Shown here: in pieces, positions 8,635 to 17,963 of the stretch
Position numbering within the stretch: the first letter of the stretch is position 1
How the letters are laid out: each line of letters opens with the position of its first letter
Source of the DNA: a virus
Taxonomy: Duplodnaviria; Caudoviricetes
Strand: one strand, 5' to 3'
Virus record (IMG/VR): IMGVR_UViG_3300020044_008413
Location: 1 to 42,825 of that record
DNA: 42,825 nt
Notes under the pieces: generated by a model
What the model was told of the DNA's origin: nothing
Databases searched by the model: none
The model's input: only the letters and a program-made list of their open reading frames with translations
Translations under genes and position numbers: made by a program

Positions 8635-9368
8635 TATCCGAAGCGTTCAATGTTGTACCAAACTTTGATTTTAACCGAACCGCCGCCAACGGTTTGATTT
8701 TCACTGTTTGCCAGCTTGTAAATAACTTGCTCATTCACCCCGTAGATCGGCATCACGTGCGTAGATGACATTTGGGGCTGAATATTTGGAACAACCCGAT
8801 TCCCTGCATAATTCAGGGCAGTGACTGGAAGGCTTACAAGTAGTGCCGCCGAACCTGCTGCCGGAACGTGACTATAAAAACCCGGCTGACTTGACTTAGT
8901 GAATGCCGCCGTTGCGTAGGTCAATTCATGGCAAAATAGCATTGAGCTGTAATAGCTGCCGGCAATTGCGGGCAACACCACCAAAGGACTTGCGCCGCCG
9001 CTCCAATCGAGATTGTTCAGTAATTGGGAATTGGTGAAAACTACCTCTTTGTAAAATTTAAATCCACCAATCCCTACACTAAAAAAATAGGGCGCAAGCG
9101 CATCCCTCATCTCAAAAAGGTCAAGTGTAACGACGTTCAGATCATTTACCTGAAACAATGCAACCTCATCGAATGCAAATTGAATGCGTCGTTGCGATGC
9201 TGTCTCGGTCAATCCCATGATTGTCCCCGCCGCATTTGGGAAATCAAAGGAAAACGCGCCCATTCCCGTGCCAAAGGTGTTGTTTATGACGAATGATACA
9301 TCATCGTAGTCGGTGACTTCGCAGTAGCCCTTGGCTGTGAAAATCTTGATTGCTATTTTTCGTGCCAT
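8634..9368 (-). CDS. Putative structural/decoration protein
   Basis: 244 aa ORF in the morphogenesis operon, TAATG overlap with next gene. Confidence 0.55.
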   Translation of the reverse strand: MARKIAIKIFTAKGYCEVTDYDDVSFVINNTFGTGMGAFSFDFPNAAGTIMGLTETASQRRIQFAFDEVALFQVNDLNVVTLDLFEMRDALAPYFFSVGIGGFKFYKEVVFTNSQLLNNLDWSGGASPLVVLPAIAGSYYSSMLFCHELTYATAAFTKSSQPGFYSHVPAAGSAALLVSLPVTALNYAGNRVVPNIQPQMSSTHVMPIYGVNEQVIYKLANSENQTVGGGSVKIKVWYNIERFG

Positions 9369-9378
9369 GTTGTTTTAG

Positions 9379-9410
9379 AAAAAAGGCCCGCCTTTTTGAC
9401 GGACGGGCCT
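9379..9410 (-). terminator. Intrinsic terminator after capsid genes
   Basis: AGGCCCGTC...GGCGGGCCT followed by a T-run on the minus strand. Confidence 0.7.
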
Positions 9411-9436
9411 ATTGTTGCTGAATGAGTGAGCCAAGA

Positions 9437-9598
9437 CTACTTCTTGGATTCCTTGGATTGCTTTGCTTCGGCGGCTTCTGCTGCCTTGGCTTTGGCTTCG
9501 ATGTGCGCCTGATAGCCCTTGTCAAAGGGCATCAATACACCTGCATCCTTCAAAATCTGCTTGGCGTGTGCTACGCCGTTAATTGTCTCGATTGCCAT
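9437..9598 (-). CDS. Small protein after capsid (53 aa, MAIETINGVAHAKQILKDAG...ESKK)
   Basis: Manual translation; fills the gap between capsid gene and terminator. Confidence 0.65.
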   Translation of the reverse strand: MAIETINGVAHAKQILKDAGVLMPFDKGYQAHIEAKAKAAEAAEAKQSKESKK

Positions 9599-9609
9599 CT
9601 TGTTTCACA

Positions 9610-10731
9610 TTAAGCGATTGTCAAAACTTGATACGATTGGGTATCGGTGATGAAGTTGTAGCCTTCGCGGCCATCAACTACTACCGCATTGTTTTCTTGG
9701 CGCAAGTAGCTCTCAATGCTTGCATCCTTGAAAATACCGTAGCGGTTTTTGCGCGCTGGCAAGATCAAAGCGGCTTTCGATCCACTGATTCCAAGGTCGG
9801 CGGAGAGGTTGTACGTGTAGACCCTTGTGATAGGATATTGCACGATAACCGTACCGTTTGCGCTTTCCGTGCGCGTGTTGGTGGTCAGCGTAAAAGCTGC
9901 CTCAATGATGCCACGGTGGGCCTCGTTTGCGACAAGGATCGCGGGGGTGGTTCCGTCAAGGCTCCAACCACGGTCAAAATTGCGCTGAAACAGGGCCAAA
10001 CGTGCCGCATTCACTGTCAAAACGACGCTTGACGAAGTGTAGGCGGTTGTGTAGCCTGCGCCGTTGGCGGCGGTAATCGCTGCTTGTGTTGCGGTGTATG
10101 CCAATTGGCTTTTCAGCACTTCCAAGGCGTAGCGGATCGCCACCACAATCCCATTGATCGTGGTCATTGGGTCTTTTTGCAGAATTTCACGGCTCACACG
10201 AACGCGCGAACCCTTGTATTCTGGCAAAATTGAGGCCCACGTTGCCGACATAAAATCGGATGCGGGGATGTCGTCGGTGTCGGCGTTCAATTCGTAGCCA
10301 ACGACATTGTTAAGGATGTCGAACAAGCTGCCTTTCAAGCCGCCTTGCAGGGCATCAACGCCAAACCACTGCCGCCATTGCATGTCGAGGTTGCGCTCGT
10401 CTGCGAGGTTTGTGAAAACCTGTACGGTCGTTCCGAGCATTGGCATAACGGCGGATGTCACTGTCTTGTAACGCTCGGTGACGAGGTTGACACGGCCCAA
10501 ATCGCTGTCGCTGATTGACATCGCTGCCTTGCACAAATGCTCAATGGTTTTGGCGCGTTTTTCCTTGTCGTCTCCGATCAAGTTTTGAACGGCCTCGGCT
10601 GCTGCCTTTGGGTCAATAATGGCCGATGCAAAAACTGCGGCGGCGATTGCCTTGCGACGTTCGTTCCAAACAAGGGCGGCTTCGTCGTCGTGGTGGGTAT
10701 GACCCACGCTGTTGAATTGTTTCAAGTTCAT
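9610..10731 (-). CDS. Major capsid protein
   Basis: 373 aa; follows protease and cement genes; HK97-fold-like features (YKGSRVRVSREIL, PAILVA, C-terminal VVVDGREGY). Confidence 0.75.
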   Translation of the reverse strand: MNLKQFNSVGHTHHDDEAALVWNERRKAIAAAVFASAIIDPKAAAEAVQNLIGDDKEKRAKTIEHLCKAAMSISDSDLGRVNLVTERYKTVTSAVMPMLGTTVQVFTNLADERNLDMQWRQWFGVDALQGGLKGSLFDILNNVVGYELNADTDDIPASDFMSATWASILPEYKGSRVRVSREILQKDPMTTINGIVVAIRYALEVLKSQLAYTATQAAITAANGAGYTTAYTSSSVVLTVNAARLALFQRNFDRGWSLDGTTPAILVANEAHRGIIEAAFTLTTNTRTESANGTVIVQYPITRVYTYNLSADLGISGSKAALILPARKNRYGIFKDASIESYLRQENNAVVVDGREGYNFITDTQSYQVLTIA

Positions 10732-10746
10732 TTTATTTTCCCTCGA

Positions 10747-11223
10747 TTAGATCATTGGATGAATGAAGACGTTGACCCATGAGCCGACGGGCAAGCTACC
10801 AAGTACGGCAGTGCTGACCACCGTAAGCGTTGCACTCATGCAGGTTCCCGCCTTTTTGTGGTTGCTTGCCGTGGTGGTGAGTCGCTTGTTTGTTGCATCC
10901 CAATATAGGGTATCACCGAGTCCGGGGGTGTCGCTGCTCAGGATATTCAAGTAGCCCTGCCAGTAGGCGCGGAATGATCCAAGCGCACCGTCGAGGGTGT
11001 CGGTGGTCAAGATACCCAAATGGTTCACAAACAACTGAGGGATGCCTGAGCAAACCCACTGCGTTTGATCCTGCATGTCTAGATACTTTTGCGCAGCCGC
11101 TGCACCCGAGTAGCTGACAGCCGCCGAAAATGCGAGTGTCGGCAAGTTGCTTTCATTGATCGTTTGCGCGCTGTATTTCCACAGGCCCAAAGTCTTAGGG
11201 CGTTGCCCTCCGTTGGTATTCAT
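10747..11223 (-). CDS. Capsid cement/decoration protein, DUF2190-like
   Basis: GDTLYWDATNKRLTTTASNHKKAG motif; position between protease and capsid. Confidence 0.7.
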   Translation of the reverse strand: MNTNGGQRPKTLGLWKYSAQTINESNLPTLAFSAAVSYSGAAAAQKYLDMQDQTQWVCSGIPQLFVNHLGILTTDTLDGALGSFRAYWQGYLNILSSDTPGLGDTLYWDATNKRLTTTASNHKKAGTCMSATLTVVSTAVLGSLPVGSWVNVFIHPMI

Positions 11224-11229
11224 AGCTCC

Positions 11230-12339
11230 TTAGTGTTGAAGTTGTGAGAAATCGTGAATGGGTTTGGCTTTTTCTGGCTCTGGCTGCTTTACAATCACAG
11301 CCTTAGCCACTTCTTGCGCGGTAGCAATGAGCTTTTCAGGTGCAAAGGATTTGACGGTTTCTGTGTCTAATCCTGCAATTCTGGCGTTCACTACGTCAGC
11401 CTCAATCGGTGCGCGAAACAAATCAACCGACTTTTGCAGCCCGTCAATTTTGGCCGTTGCTGCGTCGGTCGCGGTTTTGATAGCCAATTGAGCAACCTCA
11501 ACACCTTTCACGGTGATCGCGTCGCCCGTGGCTTCGATTTCGATGGCGTGTTGAACGCCGCCGATTTCGATATTCACTGTTTTAGTCATTGTTTTATTCT
11601 CTTTGATGAATTCAATTTGATGATTTGCAGCCTTGAAGGTTTGTGCCCCGACTTGTGCGCCAAAGTCCACAAAGGAAATTTCGCGGATATAAGCGTCTTT
11701 GGTTTCGGGCCTTTCGGGGTAAATTCCGTAGGTGTAGATATATCGGTTTTCGCCGTTCACCATTACCTCCTTGTACTCACCCCATGCCCTGAATCCAATC
11801 GATACGTCGGTCACGTACTGATCTTCAACGGCGGGTGCAAGTTTGCGCTCTCCTTGGTCGGGAATGCGGGCCTCGTTTGATACAAGGATATGGGCAACCA
11901 AATCAAAGTCCTGACCACCTTGCGAAATGTTGACCGACGCTCCGAACATCCGACCTAAGCCGTGTGTTTCGCGGTCGTGCTGCCACATCAGCGTGACGGG
12001 CTTGGCATTGATCTGTTTGGCGAATAGTTCAAGGATTTCGCGGCTGAATTGCTCCACGTCGCGGTCAAGCTTGGTATTCGCGGCAACGCACTTGAATACC
12101 TTGCCTGAATCGAAGTTGAGGTTTGGAAATTGGCTTTTCAACATCGCCAATTCGTCACCACTTACCGCTTTATGATCCAATGAAAGGCCTAGTTCGTTGT
12201 CGCGCCCTGCCTTATTGAACAGGGTTTTTACTTCCTGCTCGGTTTTGGCTTGATCGAAAACGAGGGTATTGCCGACGCGCTTTGCTCCGTCAATTGCGAC
12301 GTGTTCCATCCAAGGGAGAAATGCGACTTTCATTGCCAT
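11230..12339 (-). CDS. Prohead protease (HK97/S78-like) with C-terminal scaffold region
   Basis: LDRDVE, LMWQHD, DVSIGF, EISFVDFGA motifs. Confidence 0.85.
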   Translation of the reverse strand: MAMKVAFLPWMEHVAIDGAKRVGNTLVFDQAKTEQEVKTLFNKAGRDNELGLSLDHKAVSGDELAMLKSQFPNLNFDSGKVFKCVAANTKLDRDVEQFSREILELFAKQINAKPVTLMWQHDRETHGLGRMFGASVNISQGGQDFDLVAHILVSNEARIPDQGERKLAPAVEDQYVTDVSIGFRAWGEYKEVMVNGENRYIYTYGIYPERPETKDAYIREISFVDFGAQVGAQTFKAANHQIEFIKENKTMTKTVNIEIGGVQHAIEIEATGDAITVKGVEVAQLAIKTATDAATAKIDGLQKSVDLFRAPIEADVVNARIAGLDTETVKSFAPEKLIATAQEVAKAVIVKQPEPEKAKPIHDFSQLQH

Positions 12340-12344
12340 TGCTG

Positions 12345-12352
12345 CGAAAGTA
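12345..12352 (-). promoter_or_regulatory. Variant -7 promoter (TACTTTCG) 5 nt before the protease ATG
   Basis: TAnnTTCG variant, same layout at 14944-14951 and 33901-33908. Confidence 0.5.
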
Positions 12353-12428
12353 GAAAGGATTTTGGGGTTTTATTGGGAATCGCTTGTTATATTGGGGTTT
12401 AGTTGTAAATTTGTTAGCCCCAAAATAC

Positions 12429-13421
12429 CTACACCGTTATCCCCTTCGGCAAATTAAACACGGGGTTGGTCGAGCATCTACAATTCGGGTGCGGTGGTTC
12501 CGGAATGCTCGTAATCGGATAGTAACCCGAATTAAACGACGCGATTCCATCGCAGATTTTGCATGAATTCGTGGCCTTTGACCAACGAACAGCAACCGCT
12601 CCCGTGTCTAGGAACTCCTCATTGTTGGCGTGGAAAACCGCATTGTGGGCCTCTGTTCTTACCAATCGTTGCCACTGCCAAAGATAGCCGCTTCCCGTTG
12701 TGAATGGCCCGACAACGCCACCCGCGCCAAATGAGCTGTATAGGTTTTCGGCGATCTGCCTAACATCAAGACCGCTTGCAACCTGCTCGTAAATGGATTG
12801 CTTTAGGTCGGGTGTAAGCTGCTGAAAAACCTTATCCCTGACGTTGGTAAATCCCCGATCTTGAATCTGTTGCAGCCATCGCATGTTGGCGGTTGGCTTA
12901 ATCGGAGATGCAGGAAACGGATTCGCAGCCGCCCACGCTTCATCCTTTGCGGCTCGTTTCTCCCACGCTGTTTCCGCTTGCGCGTAACCGTCGGCCAATG
13001 CCTCTTGCACCAACTCGTAAAGCGTTCGCTGAATCGGTGTTTGTGCATTGATGTCGGTCGTTCCCCACAAGTCACTGAATAGCTGCTGAGCGGCTTGGTT
13101 GATTTTGGTATCTACTGCAAAATTGATCTCCAACGGGTTCGGCCCGCGCTTGGTTCGCTCTGTTGTGCAACATTCGCAATCGCGCGGGTGTACGGCGACT
13201 GATTTAGCCGTGGATCGCGCATAAGCCAAAGACGAACCAATCGCCTCTATGCACTTGCCTAGAAACTGAATATGCAAGTCAGCCACTTCGCGCATTCCCT
13301 TCTGCATGATGCGCTCCATCTTGCCGCTCCGTTTGGGATTGGATGCCCGCATGGGTCGCGCCGTTGCGACTGATTCAAGGTTTTGGCGTTCGAATGCGTT
13401 CAGGGCTTTTAGACCTTCCAT
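12429..13421 (-). CDS. Minor head protein (Mu gpF / SPP1 gp7 family)
   Basis: RLVRTE, CKICD and PPHPNCRC motifs. Confidence 0.88.
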   Translation of the reverse strand: MEGLKALNAFERQNLESVATARPMRASNPKRSGKMERIMQKGMREVADLHIQFLGKCIEAIGSSLAYARSTAKSVAVHPRDCECCTTERTKRGPNPLEINFAVDTKINQAAQQLFSDLWGTTDINAQTPIQRTLYELVQEALADGYAQAETAWEKRAAKDEAWAAANPFPASPIKPTANMRWLQQIQDRGFTNVRDKVFQQLTPDLKQSIYEQVASGLDVRQIAENLYSSFGAGGVVGPFTTGSGYLWQWQRLVRTEAHNAVFHANNEEFLDTGAVAVRWSKATNSCKICDGIASFNSGYYPITSIPEPPHPNCRCSTNPVFNLPKGITV

Positions 13422-14818
13422 TCTTCGCGATAAATTTCATCAAGGTAGTAATTCAACGCATTTGCAGGATTCTTTACGCCGCTCAATGTCGTTGAAATGT
13501 CAGTGATGTTCAACAACTCAATCGCCGTGGCTTCTGCGTTGATCTTGCGCGTTTCGGCTTCAACTTTTTCGTCTGACGTGTCCACCTCATCCCATTCGAA
13601 GCCGTAAGCGTCGGGCGTTACGATGATCTTGTTGTCCCTCAACACCTGATCGCAGATTCGGCGTAGGCAATTCTGCTCCAACATTCGCCGCTCACCGTCG
13701 GCGGTGCGTTTCATGGATTCCTTTTGAATCTTGAATAGCTCGCCGCTGAATCCACCGCTTGCACCTTGCGACAAGCCAAGGAATGAGGGAGGAACGCCCA
13801 ATGCCGACGCGATACCCTGCAAAAGCACGTCGGCAAGGTCTTTGAAATTTGGTGGTAGGTCAATGCCTGCGCCGTAGTAGGTCGAATTCATCGAAACATC
13901 GCCCGGCAACACCAACACCTCGTCTTGTGGTTGGTTCGTCGTGCGTTGCTTTTGGATGGCTTCGCGGTGCGTAGATTTGAGCGTTTGGGTGTTCGCAACC
14001 ATCTGCGCCGCCTCTGCTGCGTATTCCTTTTGATCGGTCATAATACCCCTCGGAGGTGCTTTAAATCCGATCAACGTGATACCAATCGGATCGCCCTTCC
14101 TGATCGTGCCATTGACGTATGAAATCAACGCCCGAATCCACCTTTCAGCGTACAATTCGGCACCGTATGCAATCGGCAAACCCCACGGGAAGTCAGCATT
14201 GCGGGCAAAATGTAGCTCATTAATGCCCATTGCCGCCGTTACATCGATCACGTTTGTCGGTGCGGTGTATTGCAAAACAACCCGCTCAAGGTCGGAGGGA
14301 TTGATAACGTAGTCGAATTTGGAGCTATCAAACAGCCTCAAACCCGTGATTGGTGACTTTGGCAACGTGTCGCCGCGCATCAGTTGGAAGAAGATGCTGC
14401 CGTTGCGGAATGTTTCGGGGATGACCAACTGAGTAAACGACTCCAAACCACGGTCGGCGGAAATGTCATTGATGTATTGGCCGTGTATTGGGATTTCCGC
14501 CCAAAACTTATCCAACACGGCCACGGCTTGTTTGCTATTGGTTCCTTTGCCTTCAACGATCTTCGGCGTACCAATGAAGTCGGCGTGGGTCTTGATCGCC
14601 AATTGAATGATCGAAAGGGCTTTGGTTAACGCCCGATAGCTGGGCAGCTTTATTCGTGGGTCTTGCTTGTACTCGCAAGGATCGCCGATGACTTGCAAAA
14701 GCGGATTGTTTGCCGCGCCGCCCCAATGGGTTGTCACGTTGCCGCCCCATCCGCCGACCGCCTTTGTGGATTCGTTATGGCTGCGCAACGCTGCCTTAGC
14801 TCGTTCAATTCTGTCCAT
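13409..14818 (-). CDS. Portal protein
   Basis: 469 aa between TerL and gpF; PWGLP and IASALGVPPSFLG motifs. Confidence 0.85.
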   Translation of the reverse strand: MDRIERAKAALRSHNESTKAVGGWGGNVTTHWGGAANNPLLQVIGDPCEYKQDPRIKLPSYRALTKALSIIQLAIKTHADFIGTPKIVEGKGTNSKQAVAVLDKFWAEIPIHGQYINDISADRGLESFTQLVIPETFRNGSIFFQLMRGDTLPKSPITGLRLFDSSKFDYVINPSDLERVVLQYTAPTNVIDVTAAMGINELHFARNADFPWGLPIAYGAELYAERWIRALISYVNGTIRKGDPIGITLIGFKAPPRGIMTDQKEYAAEAAQMVANTQTLKSTHREAIQKQRTTNQPQDEVLVLPGDVSMNSTYYGAGIDLPPNFKDLADVLLQGIASALGVPPSFLGLSQGASGGFSGELFKIQKESMKRTADGERRMLEQNCLRRICDQVLRDNKIIVTPDAYGFEWDEVDTSDEKVEAETRKINAEATAIELLNITDISTTLSGVKNPANALNYYLDEIYREEWKV

Positions 14819-14939
14819 TGTCTTCTTCTATTTCTTTTTGACCTTCAACGAACGAGCCTTTGGCCGTGAAGATCACCACCGCCAAAGTGTAAAAGAATGC
14901 GCCCACCATGCGGGCAAGTAGTCGCGTGACTTTGCTCAT
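14805..14939 (-). CDS. Small membrane protein (44 aa, MSKVTRLLARMVGAFFYTLAVVIFTAK...)
   Basis: Manual translation; one hydrophobic segment; TACATTCG motif 4 nt upstream; overlaps portal start. Confidence 0.55.
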   Translation of the reverse strand: MSKVTRLLARMVGAFFYTLAVVIFTAKGSFVEGQKEIEEDNGQN

Positions 14940-14963
14940 GCTGCGAATGTAGCGAAAATTTTC

Positions 14964-16439
14964 TTAGCCATACATCGCCGCCAACGGGTCAGCACCGCCA
15001 AGGATTTCGTGAGCAATTGCATAGATGCAGGATTCAAGGCGGTCCGGGCTGAATCCGACGCGCTCTTTCATGTCTGATTTCTTTTCGAGTACCACCTTGC
15101 GCCCGTCCACGCGGTAATTGATCGCCTTGAATTGGGCAATCAGTGCAGGATCATCGGGAATGCCTATCGGGTTCTCTCCATCGGGATCAAGGCGGGTGCG
15201 TAGATACCAATACAGCGCAACCTTGACGCTAGGCAAATCTAGCATACCGTTGTCGCTCATTGCGTTTGCTGCCTCTCCAAAGTGGATTGGCTGTACGTTA
15301 CCGTGGTAAAATGGATCTTCTTTGCAGATGTCGAACGCGCTGCCGAATATCGGGTCAATGCCGATTTTTGGGATAAATGGCAACAACCGCTCGATGATTG
15401 AAGCCTTTAGCCATGCATTGTAGCCGTGACCATCGGAAGTGAGCAACCCCTTAACCGCAACGATTTCAACGATTCGATTCCCATCGTAGTAGGCTTGCGC
15501 TGATTCATCGCCCACGGTCGCAACGTCGCAACCGATTGACCTGATCGGCAAACCGTCGGGCATTGTCCTTCCTCGATCAACAGACGCCTCCACCCACGCC
15601 GACGGGAAAAACTGATTCGCCCCGTCCATGTCCATGACTTTCCAGTCGCCGTATTTAAACGCCCGCCTTAGTGCCTCTGGAAGTGAATCGAGTTTGTTGT
15701 AATACCGTTCGCCCAAATCGGGGTTGTCTAGAGCATTGGCTTGGATGAAAATGCGGGTGTGCGGGTGTCGAATTTGCCCGTCAATTTCCACGGGTTCACC
15801 GTTTGGGCATTCAATCAAACGCCCTTCGACGTTGACAAAGTAGGCCATTTCACCGCTCTTTGCAGGATTTGGATGTCGATCGTCAATCCACTTTGCAAAC
15901 GCCAATTTTACCCACGCGCCATCGCTGCTAGTTGGCGGATTGGATGTCAAAACCATGCGGCATCGCTGCGCCTTGTCTGGTGAACGATTCCAGGTTGATA
16001 GGTAATCAATCCACATTTGAGGGAATTGGGTACATTCATCGAATGCCATCAAGTCGTATTCGTTGCCCTGCAATCCCTCTACTGCGTCCCAATGATCCAG
16101 CGAACGGAAATGCACCAATCGGCCATTTAGTTCAAACTCGGTCTTGTCGTGACGTGACGCGCCGCCCGCTGCCGTTACAATTCGGTGCAACGTGTCGCGG
16201 ATTTGTAAGCCTTGTTTGTAGGTTCTGCGATAGATGCAGCTTCGTTTGTGTTGGGTAAGTGCAAGGATGATGATTAGATAGGTCTTGCCACCACCCGCCG
16301 CCCCTCCGTAGAACAACCAATCGGCATAGGTCGAAATGGCAAGCGTTTGGGGTTTGTTTTCAGGACGTGGCCGAACAGGATACCGCCGATTGCGTTCGGC
16401 GATGGCTGTGGCTATCTCTATCTTTTGCTCACGGGTCAC
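14964..16439 (-). CDS. terL: Terminase large subunit
   Basis: YGGAAGGGKT Walker A, LMAFDE Walker B, TSNP, nuclease IGCDVA and SPDRLE. Confidence 0.93.
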   Translation of the reverse strand: MTREQKIEIATAIAERNRRYPVRPRPENKPQTLAISTYADWLFYGGAAGGGKTYLIIILALTQHKRSCIYRRTYKQGLQIRDTLHRIVTAAGGASRHDKTEFELNGRLVHFRSLDHWDAVEGLQGNEYDLMAFDECTQFPQMWIDYLSTWNRSPDKAQRCRMVLTSNPPTSSDGAWVKLAFAKWIDDRHPNPAKSGEMAYFVNVEGRLIECPNGEPVEIDGQIRHPHTRIFIQANALDNPDLGERYYNKLDSLPEALRRAFKYGDWKVMDMDGANQFFPSAWVEASVDRGRTMPDGLPIRSIGCDVATVGDESAQAYYDGNRIVEIVAVKGLLTSDGHGYNAWLKASIIERLLPFIPKIGIDPIFGSAFDICKEDPFYHGNVQPIHFGEAANAMSDNGMLDLPSVKVALYWYLRTRLDPDGENPIGIPDDPALIAQFKAINYRVDGRKVVLEKKSDMKERVGFSPDRLESCIYAIAHEILGGADPLAAMYG

Positions 16440-16837
16440 AGCTTACTTGCTTCGATAAATCCGTCTAGCTCTTCGTCTGACATATCGCCGAACTTGCTGA
16501 CTTCTTTGTTTTCTATCTGTGTACGCTCAATGTAACCGCGATCCTTGCCCTGTGTTTTGAGCAGGAAAATTATCATCGTGTCGCTGCCCTCGTTCACTCG
16601 CTTGTGGGCCATTGACTCCAAGAAGTCCAATTTAACGTCCTTTAGGTCGTGCACCTTTTGCGCGTATTCGGGATCGTTGTGCATCCATTGCCGATGCGCC
16701 TCCCTTGATATGCCTACCGTCTTTGCCGCCGTAGTGACCACGCAAAGAGACTTCTCCAACGCTGCCAACATTGCAGCTTTAAGCATCGGTGTGCTTTCGC
16801 GTGCCGCGCTTGCGTCTTGTGGTTTAATCTTTGCCAT
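16436..16837 (-). CDS. terS: Terminase small subunit (HTH)
   Basis: HTH VTTAAKTVGISREAHRQW, IIFLLKTQGKDRGY; directly upstream of TerL. Confidence 0.8.
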   Translation of the reverse strand: MAKIKPQDASAARESTPMLKAAMLAALEKSLCVVTTAAKTVGISREAHRQWMHNDPEYAQKVHDLKDVKLDFLESMAHKRVNEGSDTMIIFLLKTQGKDRGYIERTQIENKEVSKFGDMSDEELDGFIEASKL

Positions 16838-17963
16838 TGCCGATGAATTCAAATTGATACGTTTTTACACCTTTGTCTCGAAAAGATGTCTGCCCCTTCC
16901 TCTTTGACCCTTTGCCCATTTTCGTTGACCCCATTTTGCGATCAACACCCAAAAACCGCCATTGACTTGATTTGATTCTTGACTTATACATAGGAATGCT
17001 GCTAAACTTTGCCATTATACGGCAATTCAGCTTAGATTGAACGATTCGTGAAGATTCCGTAGATAGAATGATTCCAAGCCCTAAACCTGCGTAGTCTGGG
17101 TGTATTACGACACGATTGGAATGATAAATGATCTTCTTTCGCTTGTCTGAATGCGGAACGTAGTTTGCAAAGCACTGAAAACCGATTTGATTTTCACCGT
17201 GGAACAAACCGTATAGATATAGCTTGCTGCCGGGCAAAGTGTCGCTCAGATAGTGATACTTGCTAAAATACCGCCACGATTCTCGTCCGATTTCTCGGAT
17301 GTCGAAAGTGAGTTTTTCCCGTTCGCTAAAAAAAAAGGCCTGCGATGCAGGTAAATTGAATGATTGCGAATTGCAGTCTATCAACCAATCAGGCGACAGC
17401 CATTCCAGGATGTCGTAATGGCAAGACAACAAAACGATCTTCTTTCCTTGCTTGCGTGCGTGCTTCGATATGCAAACGCTCATTGCCTTGGCAACCGTTC
17501 GATCAACTACAGATGTCCATTCGTCTATGAATACGATTTCGCTGTCTTGACACATAAGCAAAGCAGCTTCTGCTCGTGCCTTTTGGCCGTTAGATAACGT
17601 TTTGACGGGTCTAATCCAACACGGTACGCTAGTTAGTCCAATCCCTGAAAGGATCGACGCGCATTGATCGTAGGTGAATTCCTTTGGTAGTTGTTCGATG
17701 ATTGGCAACTCTTCATTTAGCACAGATTCAAAGACGGATTCACCAAACAACTGCGTGACGGTCGTTGTCTTGCCGCTACCTGACGCGCCGACGATCAAGC
17801 CGACATTCCAATTTTCAGGAATGCGCACGTTTTCAATTTTCAGGTGGTGAACGCTTTTCTTTTCAACGTCAATATCAAGTGAATTCGCAGCCAATTTGCA
17901 GCGGAAAGACTTGGAAACGTCGCTTTTTAGCGTGACTTCTATCGTTTTTGGAAATTGCATCAT
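16824..17963 (-). CDS. ABC-type ATPase fused to GNAT (Mom-like) acyltransferase, putative DNA modification enzyme
   Basis: GASGSGKT, LSNGQ signature, IDEWTS, SCH; C-terminal HYL and RVVIHPDYAGLGLG acetyl-CoA-binding motif. Confidence 0.85.
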   Translation of the reverse strand: MMQFPKTIEVTLKSDVSKSFRCKLAANSLDIDVEKKSVHHLKIENVRIPENWNVGLIVGASGSGKTTTVTQLFGESVFESVLNEELPIIEQLPKEFTYDQCASILSGIGLTSVPCWIRPVKTLSNGQKARAEAALLMCQDSEIVFIDEWTSVVDRTVAKAMSVCISKHARKQGKKIVLLSCHYDILEWLSPDWLIDCNSQSFNLPASQAFFFSEREKLTFDIREIGRESWRYFSKYHYLSDTLPGSKLYLYGLFHGENQIGFQCFANYVPHSDKRKKIIYHSNRVVIHPDYAGLGLGIILSTESSRIVQSKLNCRIMAKFSSIPMYKSRIKSSQWRFLGVDRKMGSTKMGKGSKRKGQTSFRDKGVKTYQFEFIGNGKD

